A stretch of 63,270 nucleotides of DNA, filler included, from Collodictyon triciliatum (GCA_043381765.1; 5 parts of 5 records of this genome joined end to end with filler, not necessarily neighbours in it), one strand, 5' to 3'; shown: positions 18,729 through 35,148, numbered from the whole stretch's first letter. A program made the numbers and translations. Notes: generated by a model from the letters alone, not told the origin.

Positions 18729-18901
18729 GTTTGCTGGTTTATGGCTCTCTCGTGTCTATCGGTTATTTATTATTTTGCTGTGTTTATTTGTTTGTTTATT
18801 TGTTTTTTTTTTATTCTTTTGCTGTGTTTTTTTGTTTGTTTTTTGTTTGTTTTTTGTTTGTTTTTTGTTTGTTTTTTGTTTGTTTTTTGTTTGTTTTTTT
18901 G

Positions 18902-19001
18902 NNNNNNNNNNNNNNNNNNNNNNNNNNNNNNNNNNNNNNNNNNNNTTAATTAATTAANNNNNNNNNNNNNNNNNNNNNNNNNNNNNNNNNNNNNNNNNNN
19001 N
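18902..19001. other. Artificial contig-joining linker
   Basis: N44-TTAATTAATTAA-N44. Confidence 0.95.
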
Positions 19002-19131
19002 ACATCCACACATCCACACATCCACACATCCACACATCCACACATCCACACATCCACACATCCACACATCCACACATCCACACATCCACACATCCACACA
19101 CATCCACACACATCCACACATCCACACATCC
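19002..19131. repeat. (ACATCCAC)n 8-mer microsatellite, intronic
   Basis: Directly visible. Confidence 0.9.
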
Positions 19132-19155
19132 ACCCACCCAAACCGGCCGACTCAG

Positions 19156-20044
19156 CCCCACTTACTCGCCAGAGACTGGGCCAAGGGCTGTGCGCGCGGC
19201 CGCCATCGCAGACAATGCACCAGCGGTGGCTGCACGAGATGGCGGGCCGCGGCCTTTGCCCCTCGCCAGACCGCAGCATCGGACACAGCCGCAAGATCCT
19301 TGTGCTCGACCTCGATGAGACGCTTGTCCACTCCACGGTGCGGCCCCACCGCCCCTGCTACGCCGCCGTCGATGTCTTCACAGACACCGGCTCCTGCACC
19401 CTCGCCCTCTACACGCGGCCCCACCTGCCCGAGTTTCTTGAAAAGGTATGGCTGCCCCGGACTCTTCGGTCGGCCCCTCTGACCCCTCCCTCTGCCTGCT
19501 CAGGTTGCCCAGTGGTACCATGTCTACATCTTCACGGCGGGCATGCGCGGCTATGCTGACCCCATCATCAATCGCATCGACTCCACCCGCACTGTTTTTG
19601 CGCGGAGGTTCTACAGAGAGGTATCCCACCCCGTGTGTCTTTTTGCCCGCACATGCACACGCACGCACCATGGCCGACTTGCATTCGCGTAGGACTGCAC
19701 GCGGATGGACGCCTGCTTCGTGAAGGACCTGCGCAAGGTGCACCACCACATGGGCAGCGTAATCCTCGTGGACAACTCGGACGTGTCCTTCCAGCTCCAG
19801 CCCGGTGAGTCCCCTCCACAGAGCCCCGCCCGCATGTGCGCCACTGTCTCGATACAGCGCCATCTCACGGCCGTGTCTCTGGGCAGATAACGGCGTGCCC
19901 ATCCCCACGTGGCTCGGCGACGACCCGCACGACACCGCCCTGCTCTCGCTCCTGCCGCTGCTCGACGCCCTGAGGCACACCCGCGACGTCCGCTCGCTCC
20001 TGTCTCTGCGGCCAAGCGCCACCCCCCGCATCACGCACGTCTGA
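19156..20044 (+). CDS. CTDNEP1: CTD nuclear envelope phosphatase (Dullard/Nem1 family, FCP/SCP HAD phosphatase), 5' truncated
   Basis: (S)[95 protein letters not shown]; introns at ~19446, 19621 and 19805; stop TGA at 20042-20044. Confidence 0.88.
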
Positions 20045-20045
20045 C

Positions 20046-20117
20046 GCCTCTTTGCCCGCCTCTTTGCCCGCCTCTTTGCCCGCCTCTTTGCCCGCCTCTT
20101 TGCCCGCCTCTTTGCCC
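20046..20117. repeat. 12-bp tandem repeat (GCCTCTTTGCCC) x~6 between CTDNEP1 and QPCT
   Basis: Directly visible. Confidence 0.9.
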
Positions 20118-20176
20118 AGACACACACCCGCACACCCGCACACCCGGCCAATAAACCCACGATAGAACCGCCCAGG

Positions 20177-22688
<2,512 letters not shown>

Positions 22689-22870
22689 CGCGTGTCCCGG
22701 CGCCACCCGCCCTGGCCCCCTGAGCAGCCGCCATGCGCCCATTAAACCCTACATCTTCTCTTCAAAGTCTCGGGCTGTGCGGTGCGTGTCTCTCCGGTCG
22801 CCTCTTTACCGTTTTTATCTTCATCGCCTGGGGCCGTGCTTGAATGCCGACCCACGCTGGCTGGTGCTCG

Positions 22871-25800
22871 CTACTCGTGGAAGGCAAAGACGTCTTCGGC
22901 AAAGAGGTCCTGGTATCCCTTTCCGGCCTTTGCAGGGCGACCCTTTGATGGAGGGACGGAAAGTACAAATTAGGCGAGGCCATGGGAGCCGCTGCACGAG
23001 GCGCGCGGCAGAGAGGAGGCTGCGGACGCAAGCAAGCGGCTAGCTCTGCATGCCAACCATGGCCGATACCGCTGGAAGCATTTGGTATCACAGGATGCCG
23101 TGCCTGTCCACACAGATGCTCATACCCTTTGCGAGGCTCCTCCGCGTCGTGGTGCCCCGCCCCGCCTGGCAATCTTGATGGACTGGGAGCATTCCTCCTC
23201 ATCCTGTCGGCTCATCTTCTCCAACGCCTGTCGGGAGGTCGGGTTAGGCACATGACATTTCTCCCAGGCAGGTCTTTAAGTGGGCAGCAAACCAGAAAGA
23301 CAGGCCGCATTGCGCTGCCCTTCAAGGGTGCAGATTTCAACTCACCAAGTAGGACGAGGTCCTCCCGACCTTGGCTCGATGCATCTCGTCTGGTTGATTC
23401 TGCGAGACACAAGTGCGAATTGGCGTCATTAATCTTGGTGTCATTTGCGTCTTGGGCTCGACACTCGGCCTCTTCCCATGCGTTAATCAGGGCACAGCCA
23501 CTCAAACACAAGGAGGGACTCGATGGAGTGGCAGAGTCAAAGCCTTATTGAAACAAGCGATGGCCCACAACACAGGAACTTGACATCTAGGAATGAAGTT
23601 GAACCTTTTCCGGGGTTTTGAATCCTGGACTGCCGGCACCTTCCTTGCCTCTCACACACGCTCGCTTTCCGGGACTTTGAAACTGGCTCATGGGTTGTGC
23701 TTGGCCCGCAGGGATTTCGTCCAACTGAGAATGTAGGATTTTTTTATATTCTTCTTGAGAAGGGCTTCAGCCTTGGACATATTTTTTTCCAAGCAAGAGC
23801 ATTACCTTGAAAAAAAAAAGGAAGGTAAGTGTGGGAACAAAGTATTTACCTCCCCGTCAGAACTTATATCTGCAGCTTGTATGGCACTGCCAGGTCGTTG
23901 GCTTGTTTGGGACACCACTTGAGTATGCACCATCATCTCCACTCTGGAAGGGCTCTCGAGGGTCTGGGACTGGGCAACAGATGATTGTCCGTATGATTGG
24001 ATAAAGAGATGATAGCCAATGCATGATATTTGGACGAAACAGGTTTCCCTGAGGGAATGAAGCTTACTCTCGCCTGGGATGGAACTATCCTTGCTGCGGG
24101 GCTCTTTTCGACGGACCTATCACGCTCCTTTTCAACCCTATCCCTTTCTTTATCCCTTTCCAATTTCTCTCTTTCCAATTTCTCCTTGATTAGCGTCTCC
24201 TTTTCTGCTTTTTCAACTTGTCGTTCCTTCTCCAGCTTCTCCTTCTCCAGCCTTTCCTTTTCAGCCCTTTCTCTATCTATCCGTTCCCATTCTTTTTCCC
24301 TCTGCTTTCCCATAAGCTCCTTCTCCAGGGCACGCTCTCGCTCTCTGTCCCGCTCCTTCTCTATCGCGTCCTATTTAATATAACATAAGGATATGTGTGG
24401 AAGCCGATTCTCCAAACAGTACATTCCAGCTAACCTTTTCTGCTTTGGTCTTGTCCAATTCAACCTGAGTTTTCATAATATTTGAAACACATTATAATGA
24501 ATAATATACATAATTATCGGTTTAAGAAAATTTAAAGGTATACTTTTATTGCGCGCCAATGAAATACATATTGATTTGCTTCTTTTTTTTCTTTGTTTTT
24601 TTCTTTTTCAATTATATGAAATTAATTTATTTATTTTTTTTTAAAAAAAAGGGCAACCAACCTGGAACTTTTCTAAAGACTTCACTGCCACCAAAAGTTC
24701 CTCCTTTGTTGATTCAAAAATTTTTTTCGTATATTTAGTATAGCATACCTTGAAGTCGAGGATAATTTAAGCCATTTATCAGGAAAAAAGGGATGGGGTA
24801 CCTTATTTAAACCCAAGTCAGTCCTTAACTTGGAGATGTCTCGCTCAAGTGAGTGCTTCTGCAACGAAAGCTCTGTCATCTTCTCTGCAAGCTCTTGTAT
24901 ATTTCGGTCTTTGACCTTTAATTCCTAATGAGATGACAAGTAAGCGAGCGTCTATAATTAATTATTTTTTTTTTTATAAAGAATTCTAAATTTTAAGAGA
25001 GCGAAAAGTATCGAATAAAGTTAAAATAGAATCATCTAGTCACTCCGATTATCATTGAAATAAAGCGTTCAAAATTTCTGTTCTTCTGTATCCTAATACC
25101 TCCCTTTGTTTGTCCATATCAGACATGATATTCTCTTGTAGGTCTTTAAGTTTCCTGGTCAGGATTGCATTCTCTTCACAAAGAGCTTCAATTTTCTTGT
25201 TGGAAGAGAGCTCCATTTCCTGATACCCAACGCGGAGACTCTCCCTCTCCGTTTCTGCCATTGCTCTGAAATTCTGCAGTATATTTGTTACAGCGATTCT
25301 AAAGAAATACGATGAAATGCACTACGAAGTTGAATTTGGTGGATTAGTTAGAGTAATCAAGATACCTCAATTTCTGTTGACAGCTTCTGTATTTCTTCCT
25401 TTGACAATTGCATCGCAGCGGCCTGGTTTTCCAATTCTAAAGTCCTCGTTTGGAGAGCTGCAGAGGCTTGGTTGTAACTTTCTCTCAATGAGGTAAATCT
25501 GGCTTCAATTGATTCATTCTTTTCCTTCATGGCCGAGTGTTCCTCCAAGAGTCTTTCATACTCACTCCTTTGCCTCTTTTCTTGGGATAGCTTGCTCCCA
25601 ATTTGACACTGGAATTCCCCGAGAGAATTTGAAAGCTTCAAAAGCCTCTCTTGATCGGATAGATGGAGCTGATTGGCGTCTTCCAGTTGTTTCTGTAGTT
25701 TATCAACATCTGCTTCTAGATTTGAAATTTTAACTCTACTATCATGCAAATCTTTACGAATGGATTCATGCTCATCATTTGATACAGATAGTTGTGCCTC

Positions 25801-28176
25801 GAGCTCCTTGGTTCTATTTTTAAAGAAAAAAAAGAAAAAGAAAGAAAGTTAAATCTAATGATATAGGAATTATTAAAAAAAATTTAAAAGAGGAAAAGAA
25901 AAAGGAGATGAGCAGGAGAGTTAGCGAGAGTTTTATCCACTTTCAGCCTTATTAAGCACTACTGGTAAGATACTAATACCTATCTTTGGCTTCAGACGCA
26001 TTCGATTTCTCCAGGTCCAGGGATCTCTCCAGGGATGCTGTTACTTCGTTGAGTTGGTGAATCACAATCTCCAAGCTTTTTTTGTATTCTTTTTCATTTC
26101 TAAGCTGACTTCCAAGGTCTTCAATATCGTGATTCTAAACAGTCAAGATGTTATTTCTGATAAGTAGTTTGCACAAACGTAGCTTCTTGTTTCGAGAAAG
26201 TACAAGTTTAAACTATTTTTGAAATGAACAAATTGTATGGTTCTTTGTCTAAAAGAGGGCTAGAAACCTTTTGAATCAGTATATTTTCATATGTCTCATG
26301 TTTCTTCTGATTTTCTTCATTATCTGTTCGCAAGCGACTCTCCATATCTCTCACGCATGATTCCATTTCTAGCCTGTAACTAACTAATTTAGTCTCTTCA
26401 AGTTTCCTTTTTTCAACTTCTATCTGTAGGTCGACACAGTCTTGCTCCAGCTTGGATGCATAATTTTTGCAGTCTCCTATAAATACATAGCACATAAAAA
26501 ATAATGTTATAGATTTTATATTGTGATTTAAATTTTTATTCTTTATTCGATTCAAAGATGTCAATTTATATTCTATGATTTTCAGACAAAGGAAATATTT
26601 GACTTATTTCTGAAGTTAGAGCCTCAATGTTTTTTTCGTATCGCCTGCATTCTTTCTCCCTGGCTTCGTGCCTCTTTTCAAAATCCTTGACTATTATTAG
26701 ATCTAATATTTTACTTTTTTTTTTAGTTGCATGATTCTTGGTCTTAGAGAAGAATTATTGAGCAGGAGCGTACTTTTTTCCAGCTGCATTTGAAGGGACT
26801 CAATTTGTCCGTATAGTTCTCTAGTCTTTTCTTCCGATTCTTTCATATTTGCTACGGCTTGTTCGCCGACTCTTTTGAAATTTTGCAAATCAACCTCCCC
26901 TGAAAATCATGTATGTTTAGTCATTTGATATGACAGAACAGTCCTGAAGATAAAGACATGTATAGCTTACCTAAGACCATCTTCTTTTGGCACGAGGAGG
27001 CCAGTTCCAAAATCATTTCTTGCCTGTGGCGATGTTTTTAATCGAAGGGTATAGTCAACGCAATTTCATCATGTGATATTATAGAAAATAATAGTAAATT
27101 GTAGGAAGGTTTCACTATAAACAATTATATGTAACCTCGCACGGGCCGTCTGAATGTCAAACTGGATTTGCTGCATCTTTTTTGTCTGTTCTTCAAGTCT
27201 TATTTCAAGTTTCATGTTGTCACTTTTTAGTTCTCTGATTACTTGCTCTTGAATCTCCACAGTCGTTTGGTATTTTTCTATTTTTCCTCTCTGCGATAGG
27301 CGTTGCTTAGTAGAGTCGTTGAATTTGGTCACACACACTTGGGAATTAAAAATAATTAAAATTACCATGACTTCTAGTTCGTTCTTTTTTACACTTTCTC
27401 CCATCAATATCCGTTCTTGAAATTAATTTAGTGATTACTCTTGTTGCTCATTCAATTACACCATAATCAATTGATTACTTTTTCCACAGAATTAATTATG
27501 TTGCTTGAATGTTGTGTTCGTTATCGCATTAGAGGACACGTTATTACCAGCTGTTTTCATGAGCGTGTTGTACCGGCCTGATGGGAATTCTCCCTGATTG
27601 CTTTGTTGGTTCACACTCTGCATCTGGACTAACCCGACCTCTTGGCGCGAAACCATTAGGGTCATTGGCGCCCTCGGTTTCAGCATGTTGGACAGCATCT
27701 ATGACGGGAACATTAAAATCTGAATACAACTTCTTTTTTTTTCAAACTCCTAGATGTTTGGAACTCTTTTGATTGGGTGGGAATAAGCGCTTGGTGGTAT
27801 TCGACTATTGACATAATTAATCTACCCCATAGCAGAACTTGTGCTAGTAACAGCACTCGGCATGCATGACAAAAATTGTGGGAGCGGTACATCCCGGCGC
27901 TATATACTGCGACATGGAGAATAGTCTCCAGAGACCAGGTGCGCATTCAAGGAATCCGGGCAATCCTTTCGGTGAAAATCCACCAGTACCGAGGACTTTT
28001 CGATTTACTGTGGTGGACGTAGGACAATTTCCTGGTATTATTGGGTTTGGAGTTCGCCAACGAAACAACAGAGCATTGTCATTTCCTCCATTCTTTGAAG
28101 CCGTCTTTGTGTGTATTGACTCAAATAATATTAACTAAATGCTATGTCGTGTAACCATACGCTCGCACACAATCAT
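22871..28176 (-). CDS. Long coiled-coil protein, candidate synaptonemal complex transverse filament (SYCP1/ZYP1-like); 5' end uncertain
   Basis: Exons at 27698-27548, 27415-27366, 27290-27136, 27023-26971 and from 26899 give YNTLMKTAERILMGESVKKNELEVMRGKIEKYQTTVEIQEQVIRELKSDNMKLEIRLEE...; a long heptad region follows, then a basic S/T-P tail ending GYQDLFAEDVFAFHE* (TAG at 22873-22871). Confidence 0.75.
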
Positions 28177-28410
28177 GTTAATGCGAGAAATGCAAGAAAA
28201 TTCGCTTTGTTTTTTCTCTCTCGTACTTTGGACTTTATGCCTCTACCCTGCTTTTTAACTAGTTTATGGTGCTCTTGTCTTCGAGAGGAGATGAGAAGAT
28301 AAGTGAGAGAATCTGGTTTAGAAGAGCATGGAGGAGCATAAACGTTGATAGTAAACATCAACAGCGCTTGTGTAGGAGAGTATATCTACATCTTCGTTAG
28401 GGTGTGGTGT

Positions 28411-29660
28411 TTAATCACTCCAATCGAAACGCCGCGGTTGCGGTCGTGTCCGGACATTCGGAGTTGCTGCAAACACAGCCGACTGTGGGTGATTCATTAC
28501 ACTGGGCTGCGCCATAAGGCTGAAATGGAAACGATGAGACCAAGGGGGATGCGTTACTATTGATGACGAAATATATCCATCCCAAAAAGAAAAGAAAAAG
28601 AAAAAGAAAAAGAAAAAGAAAAAGAAAAAGAAAAAGAAAAAGAAAAAGAAAAAGAAAAAGAAAAAGAAAAAGAAAAAGAAAAGAAAAAGAAAAGAAAAAA
28701 GAAAGATGAAAGATGAAAGAAGAAAAAAAAACAAAAAACAAAAAACAAAAAACAAAAAACAAAAAACAAAAAAAATGCGGTCATCATCTCCCACCAATCT
28801 ATTCACCAAATACATACATGAACAATAGAAATGAGAATAACTATTGCTCATAGACTTTTCAGCAGGAGGAATGAGAAGTGTGTGGTCTTACCTTTGTTGA
28901 GGGGGTTCTCGTCTTACAATGACGGAATCTGAATTCTCAGAAGGACGACCTGAATATTGCATAAAACACAGATTAGATGATAAAATGATGATAGATAGCA
29001 GTCTTGATTCATGAAAAAAAGTCATAAAAATGTCAAATATGAATAAGCAAATTCAGTCCCCAGTTCTACATAGAGCGGTATACCATGAGTAGAGTATACA
29101 GGATTTGGTACTTGTATCATACGTGCAGTTGTTCTGAATAAGCAATTGTGAGATTCATCACAGGAGCCAAAGCATCAAACTCTGCTCTTAGAGGAAGAAT
29201 GGAAAAGCAAGCAAACCTGTGACGATTGATTTCAAGGGGGATGTTATGCGTTTGGGTTGCAGTGGGTTGTCTTCGCCGCTGGATGCGCCTTTGCAAAGTG
29301 ACTGCGCGCCAATGACGCGCATATTTCCGCACACGATTCATTAAGGACTATGATTGTTTGAGTCGAGGCCATCGATTGCACACATATTTGTGGGTGAATT
29401 GTCGATAATTAGCAACGGAGAAGACATGAGGAGCAACAATGCACCCACTACAAATGAAATATCATATTAAACTGATTTGTTAGATTTGATTGCATTAAAT
29501 AAGTTGGATGTGTAGCCAGCTTACCCGGTATTTGTTGGTGTGCAATGTCATGATTTCCTGCTCTCTTCTCTCCTGAACATGAACTGCAGTCTATATGGTT
29601 TCCATGAATTGCATCAGACAGTAAAACAATACAGCAATAGATAAGCATAATATGTTATTG

Positions 29661-29753
<93 letters not shown>

Positions 29754-32700
29754 GAAAAAAAACCTCCACCAAACGCATTGCCGCGCGCTTCAGTAAGTTG
29801 ATTCTATATATCTCCATGCACCCTAGTACTTCCTTTTTCTTCGCTCTCCTTACCTTCAGGTATGAAAGCCAGCCCTGACATCACAAATAAAACAGCCTTA
29901 TTTAAAATTCGTGCTATGTATTTAAATTGAATCAAAAAGTAAATACGTTCTCTGTCGGGAAAGAAGAAGAAGGAGAAGAAGAAGCGTCTAATTGTAAAAA
30001 TATGGAGGAATAGAAGATAACATCAAATTAACATAACAGAGAGGCATATTTCTCAAAAAAAAAAAAACAGGATATATATTTGTCAGAGTGGGGGTTGCAA
30101 TTATCATGTACCTGTAAGGCAGACTTGTAAAGGCGATGGGCCCAGTGCCGAACAGCCACGAAAGTCATATTTCGGTCTGCCTTCTGTTCTCTTGTTTTCG
30201 CTTTCCAATCACGCAACGACCTTTCCAGTGTTTTGAACGTAAAAAAATCACCAGCTTTCATGTTCAATACCTGTCGGGATATTTTGAAACAGACCATTAA
30301 CCGAAGGGGTTCAAGAGTGAAACATGTTAGCCAAAGAGCGAGGGTAATTAGTTCGTTTCACCGCAGCGTGAGAGTATTATGGATAGGAAAGGTAAGAATA
30401 TGGATGTGAATTCAGAAAGCGTATGGGCACTGGGTATATCCATACCAACTTCCGACGACGCCTTACAACAAAAACGCACCATAGGACCAAATATCTGTGA
30501 ATACACTTTTTGCGAAAAAATGACCGAGCATGGAGAGATGCAACATCATATATCATTTTTTGTCGGCTGTATTCAGACCAGGCAGAGAAATGTCGCTTCT
30601 TCTTGGCTGAAAAGAAAAGAAAAGAAAAGAAAAGAAAAGAAAAGAAAAGAAAAGAAAAGAAAAGAAAAGAAAAGAAAAGAAAAGAAAAGAAAAGAAAAGA
30701 AAAGAANNNNNNNNNNNNNNNNNNNNNNNNNNNNNNNNNNNNNNNNNNNNNNNNNNNNNNNNNNNNNNNNNNNNNNNNNNNNNNNNNNNNNNNNNNNNNN
30801 NNNNNNAAAAGAAAAAGATAAATATAAATATAAAGATAAAGATAAAGATAAAGATAAAGATAAAGATAAAGATAAAGATAAAGATAAAGATAAAGATAAA
30901 GATAAAGATAAAGATAAAGATAAAGATAAAGATAAAGATAAAGAAAAGATAAAGATATTAAGACAATTGTATGCATTAGCAAACCATATTCGATTTTTTT
31001 TGAAACTTACCATAATCGAGACGAGACTGCAACAACGCAGCATTTTCTACGATGTCTTGCCTTTTCCGTTTTTGCAGTTGAGAGAATATCCGAATCGCAT
31101 GGAATACCTTTCAACAACATTTTAGTCCATCAATTTTTGGTTTTAGTAGAACGTTGGAGAGATATATGGGTGCTAATTTGGTCGTATTCTGCCCAACATT
31201 TCTGGCCAGTTTATGGCACTCTGGCACTGGTGTTAGAGGACGGAGTACTAATTCATACTTGAAACATTGTCCTACGTCTCCAAGCTGCTTTAGCCGCAAG
31301 TTCGGCTCGTTTATCTTTCATGTACAACCTAGCTGTTGATCAATACAGATTCAAGTAAATACTTTATGTTTATTAAAAAAAAATATGCAGAATCAGATTG
31401 TAGACTTTTGGCGGTGTACCCCGATTGTTCCATTTATTCCAGACAACTCTAATCAACCGTCGTCTTACAATCAGGTCTGCTGAATGATATATTCGCATCA
31501 TTTTTTCCTTGCATCGGATGAGGTCCTATATATAATTGAAATTTTGACAATTTATCATACGTCTTTCCTTCTTGAAGAAAGAAAAGCATCCATAAAAAAA
31601 ACTGTTGATAAAAAACCTTCCACAAAAATAGATGCTTTTTCATCATTTGCAAATCCCTAAAACTCAATGCTGCATCATTTTTGAGGCGACGCATTTGTTT
31701 TTGTGCTTTGTTCTATTGGCATCATTACATTGATTTCAAAGAATATGCGTAAGAAAATAAAAAAAAATGAAAATAAGATACATATTCATCGAAAAAAAGA
31801 CTCATGAGTATTACTCACAATCTGTAGGAGTACCAAACATCTTTTCAGAGTCGTGTTATTGCAATGGCCGATAGCTTGCTTGTAAAGGTCCTGGATTAAA
31901 AATGATACAAAAAAGCATCACATGTATACCCTTGTTTAAATAATTTTATGAACAAATGTGGTTCGTGCACACACGAATAAAATAACTATTTGAGTAAATT
32001 AATCCATGTAAAGTGTCCAAATTCAATCACATTCATCCTTTGGCGCTCTTTTGCAAATATTTGAATGCTGGCAAAACTTTTTCTCTTGATTTTACTACTG
32101 TGGTGTCTTTCAGCCAAATCCTACAGATAAATATTGTATACTCTTCTTAGAAATTTTAAACCCCCTAAAATGCTATTATATCAATTTTTAGAATTTTGGT
32201 GAACATCTTTGGTGCTCATATGATTCAAGGTATGAATGCAATATTGTACATAAAGATCATCAATATATCTCTTTTCATTCATGTTATGAATCCACAAAAA
32301 GATGGCATGTCTTAAGGCTTTTTTTCGGTAATGTGCATCTGCCTGTTTGTTACAGAAATTATTTAATTCTTTTTTTTTTTAAAAAAAAAAAGTTAACAAA
32401 AATAAACTATGGCATTCATCTCGTGACTAATATTCCGTGCTGTCTAAACGATACATATCTAAATTCGGCTCACCACTAAGATTTTTGCATGAAGGTATCT
32501 GTGTTCTTGGGCCCGAACAGCCCAAATATAGAAAAAGTCCTGTCTCAATTTGGAGTTCTGGTCTGCTTTAAGCGCCAGGCTGATGTCATGGATTTGCTTT
32601 TTATTAAGCATCCATATATACCATGCGTGAAGGCATCTAAAACAACAACATGATTTGTTTATATGAAACTGTTTAGGATTGATATATTTTTTATCTTATC

Positions 32701-34921
32701 TTGTGAGTAAAAAGTCTTAAGCTAGCACAATTATGCGCATCATGTGTGGAATAAACCTTTTTTGTAAACGAAGGTCCGAAAAATGTTTTGCCTCACTTTT
32801 GATTCCCTGTAATTTATTTCAAATTAATGATTATTTGCAATCAAAAAAAAAAAAGAAGAGATATTTGAGTCTTAAATTGCCAAAGAAAATAATACAAAAA
32901 TATCTTTGATGTAAAATAAATGGACACTTTTTTGACCACTGAACGTCTGTGATATTTCGCTAGCTCGCAGAATGCCCTCCTGATTATATATTTTGTTCGA
33001 TATCCTGCAGCCCATATCATTTTGGCCTAAAGTGAGATAAAATACAGATATTATCAACTCAAGAATAGAAAAATGCACCAATGTTCAAAGATATTTTCCA
33101 TCAGCCCAGAAATACCTGATTCCTTAGCTCTATTTTATTTTCCATTAAAGCCCTCCAATGATGAAAAGTGTATCTCTGCCACTAGTTAAAAAAATTGAAT
33201 ACAGTAATTAGATATATATAAAATAAAAAAATTCGGACTTTCTCGGGCAAATGAAATTTCGTAAAGGTTACTCACAAACAGACGAGCGTTTCGAAGTTTG
33301 CATAATTCGTATAAAGTCACAAGCATTCTTTTTTGAGTGCAGAAAGATTTCCATTCACGAAAGAGTCTTGTCTATCATTAAAAAAAAAATCAATTTTTAC
33401 CACACAATCATACTACTTTTTTTTCTCCCACATCATCAAATACCTTCACCATCATACAGCAGAATCTTTCAGCTGTTTGGTTTTGTTTCTTTTTCTTTTT
33501 TTTGAGACTGACATCTAAATTTGTATGATTATATTAAGGAAATTATGAAAATACAAACGAGGTGTGTATTTTTAATATTATATTTTCAAAAAAAGAAATA
33601 GTATCTGAAAAAAATCAAACATAGTCGCAATGATGCAATTGAATATTTCTGCAATTGTTCAGTCCGTTTCGAGTCTGCCAAGTGTTCCAGTTCACGCATG
33701 TGCCTCTGATATTGCATGAAGGTTATCCATTTCTCCAAAAACTTTTTTAGAATACTCCCATACAGGTGTTGATATGCGAGCACTGCAATGTGTGGAGTTG
33801 GAAAGATTATTGATTTAAATTTTGATTCATCAAAGCTTCCTTTGATGAACCTATACCACAGGGGAGTATGTATATATTAGCGTGGTTTTGAATAAACATT
33901 TATTCTATGACCAACTGAATTTAAAAGTAGAATACGAGTCCCTACGTTTCTTTTCTTCTTGGTCTAGCTGAAGCTTTATGTACGAAACCCACATCACCAT
34001 TGAGCTATGAAGAAGGTAGTGCCGTCGAAACTTGTCAGCGCAAGCTGTTTTTGTCCTCGTTGTTTTTGTTGCCGTTGTATAATTTCTCCATGCCTTTAAA
34101 ATTCTCTTGAAAAGCTTGATTTTTCTTTTAGAGATGTACTGTCGAAGGATATGTGAAAGTTTGCGAGATTGTTTAGCTCGGTTCATCCACTCCCGAAAGT
34201 AGTTTCCTGCAGTCAATTCCCGGTGGTGATAATCAGCGGCCTAGATGATTATGAAAGTCGGAAATTGAAGCTGCCAACAGGCACACAAAGATATACATCA
34301 TCTGTTTGGTTATGCGTCGAAAGAGAGAGAGAAAAGAAAGGAAAGAGCGGAACAAAAATTCAGGTGGTTGTGAGCATGAATCCTACTTTTTTGAGCTGCT
34401 TTTTGGTCCTGCGCACTTCGGTGTAGTGCAACCAAGCCTGAAGGCAGATGCGCCCATTCTTGATTACATCTGGAGATGCAGCAATGCTTTTAATCAAAGG
34501 CTTACTGCTTTGCCAAACAATTTAAAATGCGCTTCGCATGATGAGCAGCGCACGGCTTGGCCGGACACGATATGCCTGCAGAGCAGGGAAGGATGCTTTG
34601 CGATAGACCGGCCAACTCACAGTAGCGCACAGCATGAAGCAGAGACGTGCGCTTCTCAGCCTGCAACCAAAGGTATCTCCTCCACGTGTCCCAGACGGAT
34701 CGTCGGCGCATTGCGCGGTGGTGGCACTCGGCCGTGATTTCCCGCACCCACTCTGCATCGACAAGAGCCTCGCCCGCAACTCCCGCCTGCTTCGGCGCAT
34801 GTGCGCGTGATCCGTCCGACCCGCCCGCTGCTCTCTTTGCAGCCGTCTTTGCGGCCGGCCGCGGAATCCGTGAGGGAGCGCGGACGTCGCTCGAGTGCGC
34901 CGCGCTGTTGTTGCCGGACAT
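28411..34921 (-). CDS. SFI1: Sfi1-family centrin-binding repeat protein
   Basis: Many Sfi1 repeats of the form A..(F/Y/H)....L....F..W (e.g. ADKFRRHYLLHSSMVMW, AYQHLYGSILKKFLEKW, AERFCCMMVKTRLFREW, AVRHWAHRLYKSAL); C-terminal RPQPRR; more than 15 GT-AG introns. Confidence 0.85.
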
Positions 34922-35148
34922 TGCGGTCCGCGGAGAGGCTGCGGTTTCTGCTTGCGCGGTCTGCCCAGTTACTTTATGCCGCGTGTGTGGCGCTTGGGAA
35001 TGCCCGGTTGTGCGGGGGATGTACACGGCGCCGGTTTGTTGCGGGGGGAGTCGGGCATGTGCTTCTGTGTGCCCACACAGCGCAAGGATCCACACGCCGT
35101 GGAGAAAAGGGAGGGAGAGAACGAGGGAGAGAAGGCTGTGCGGTGCCG

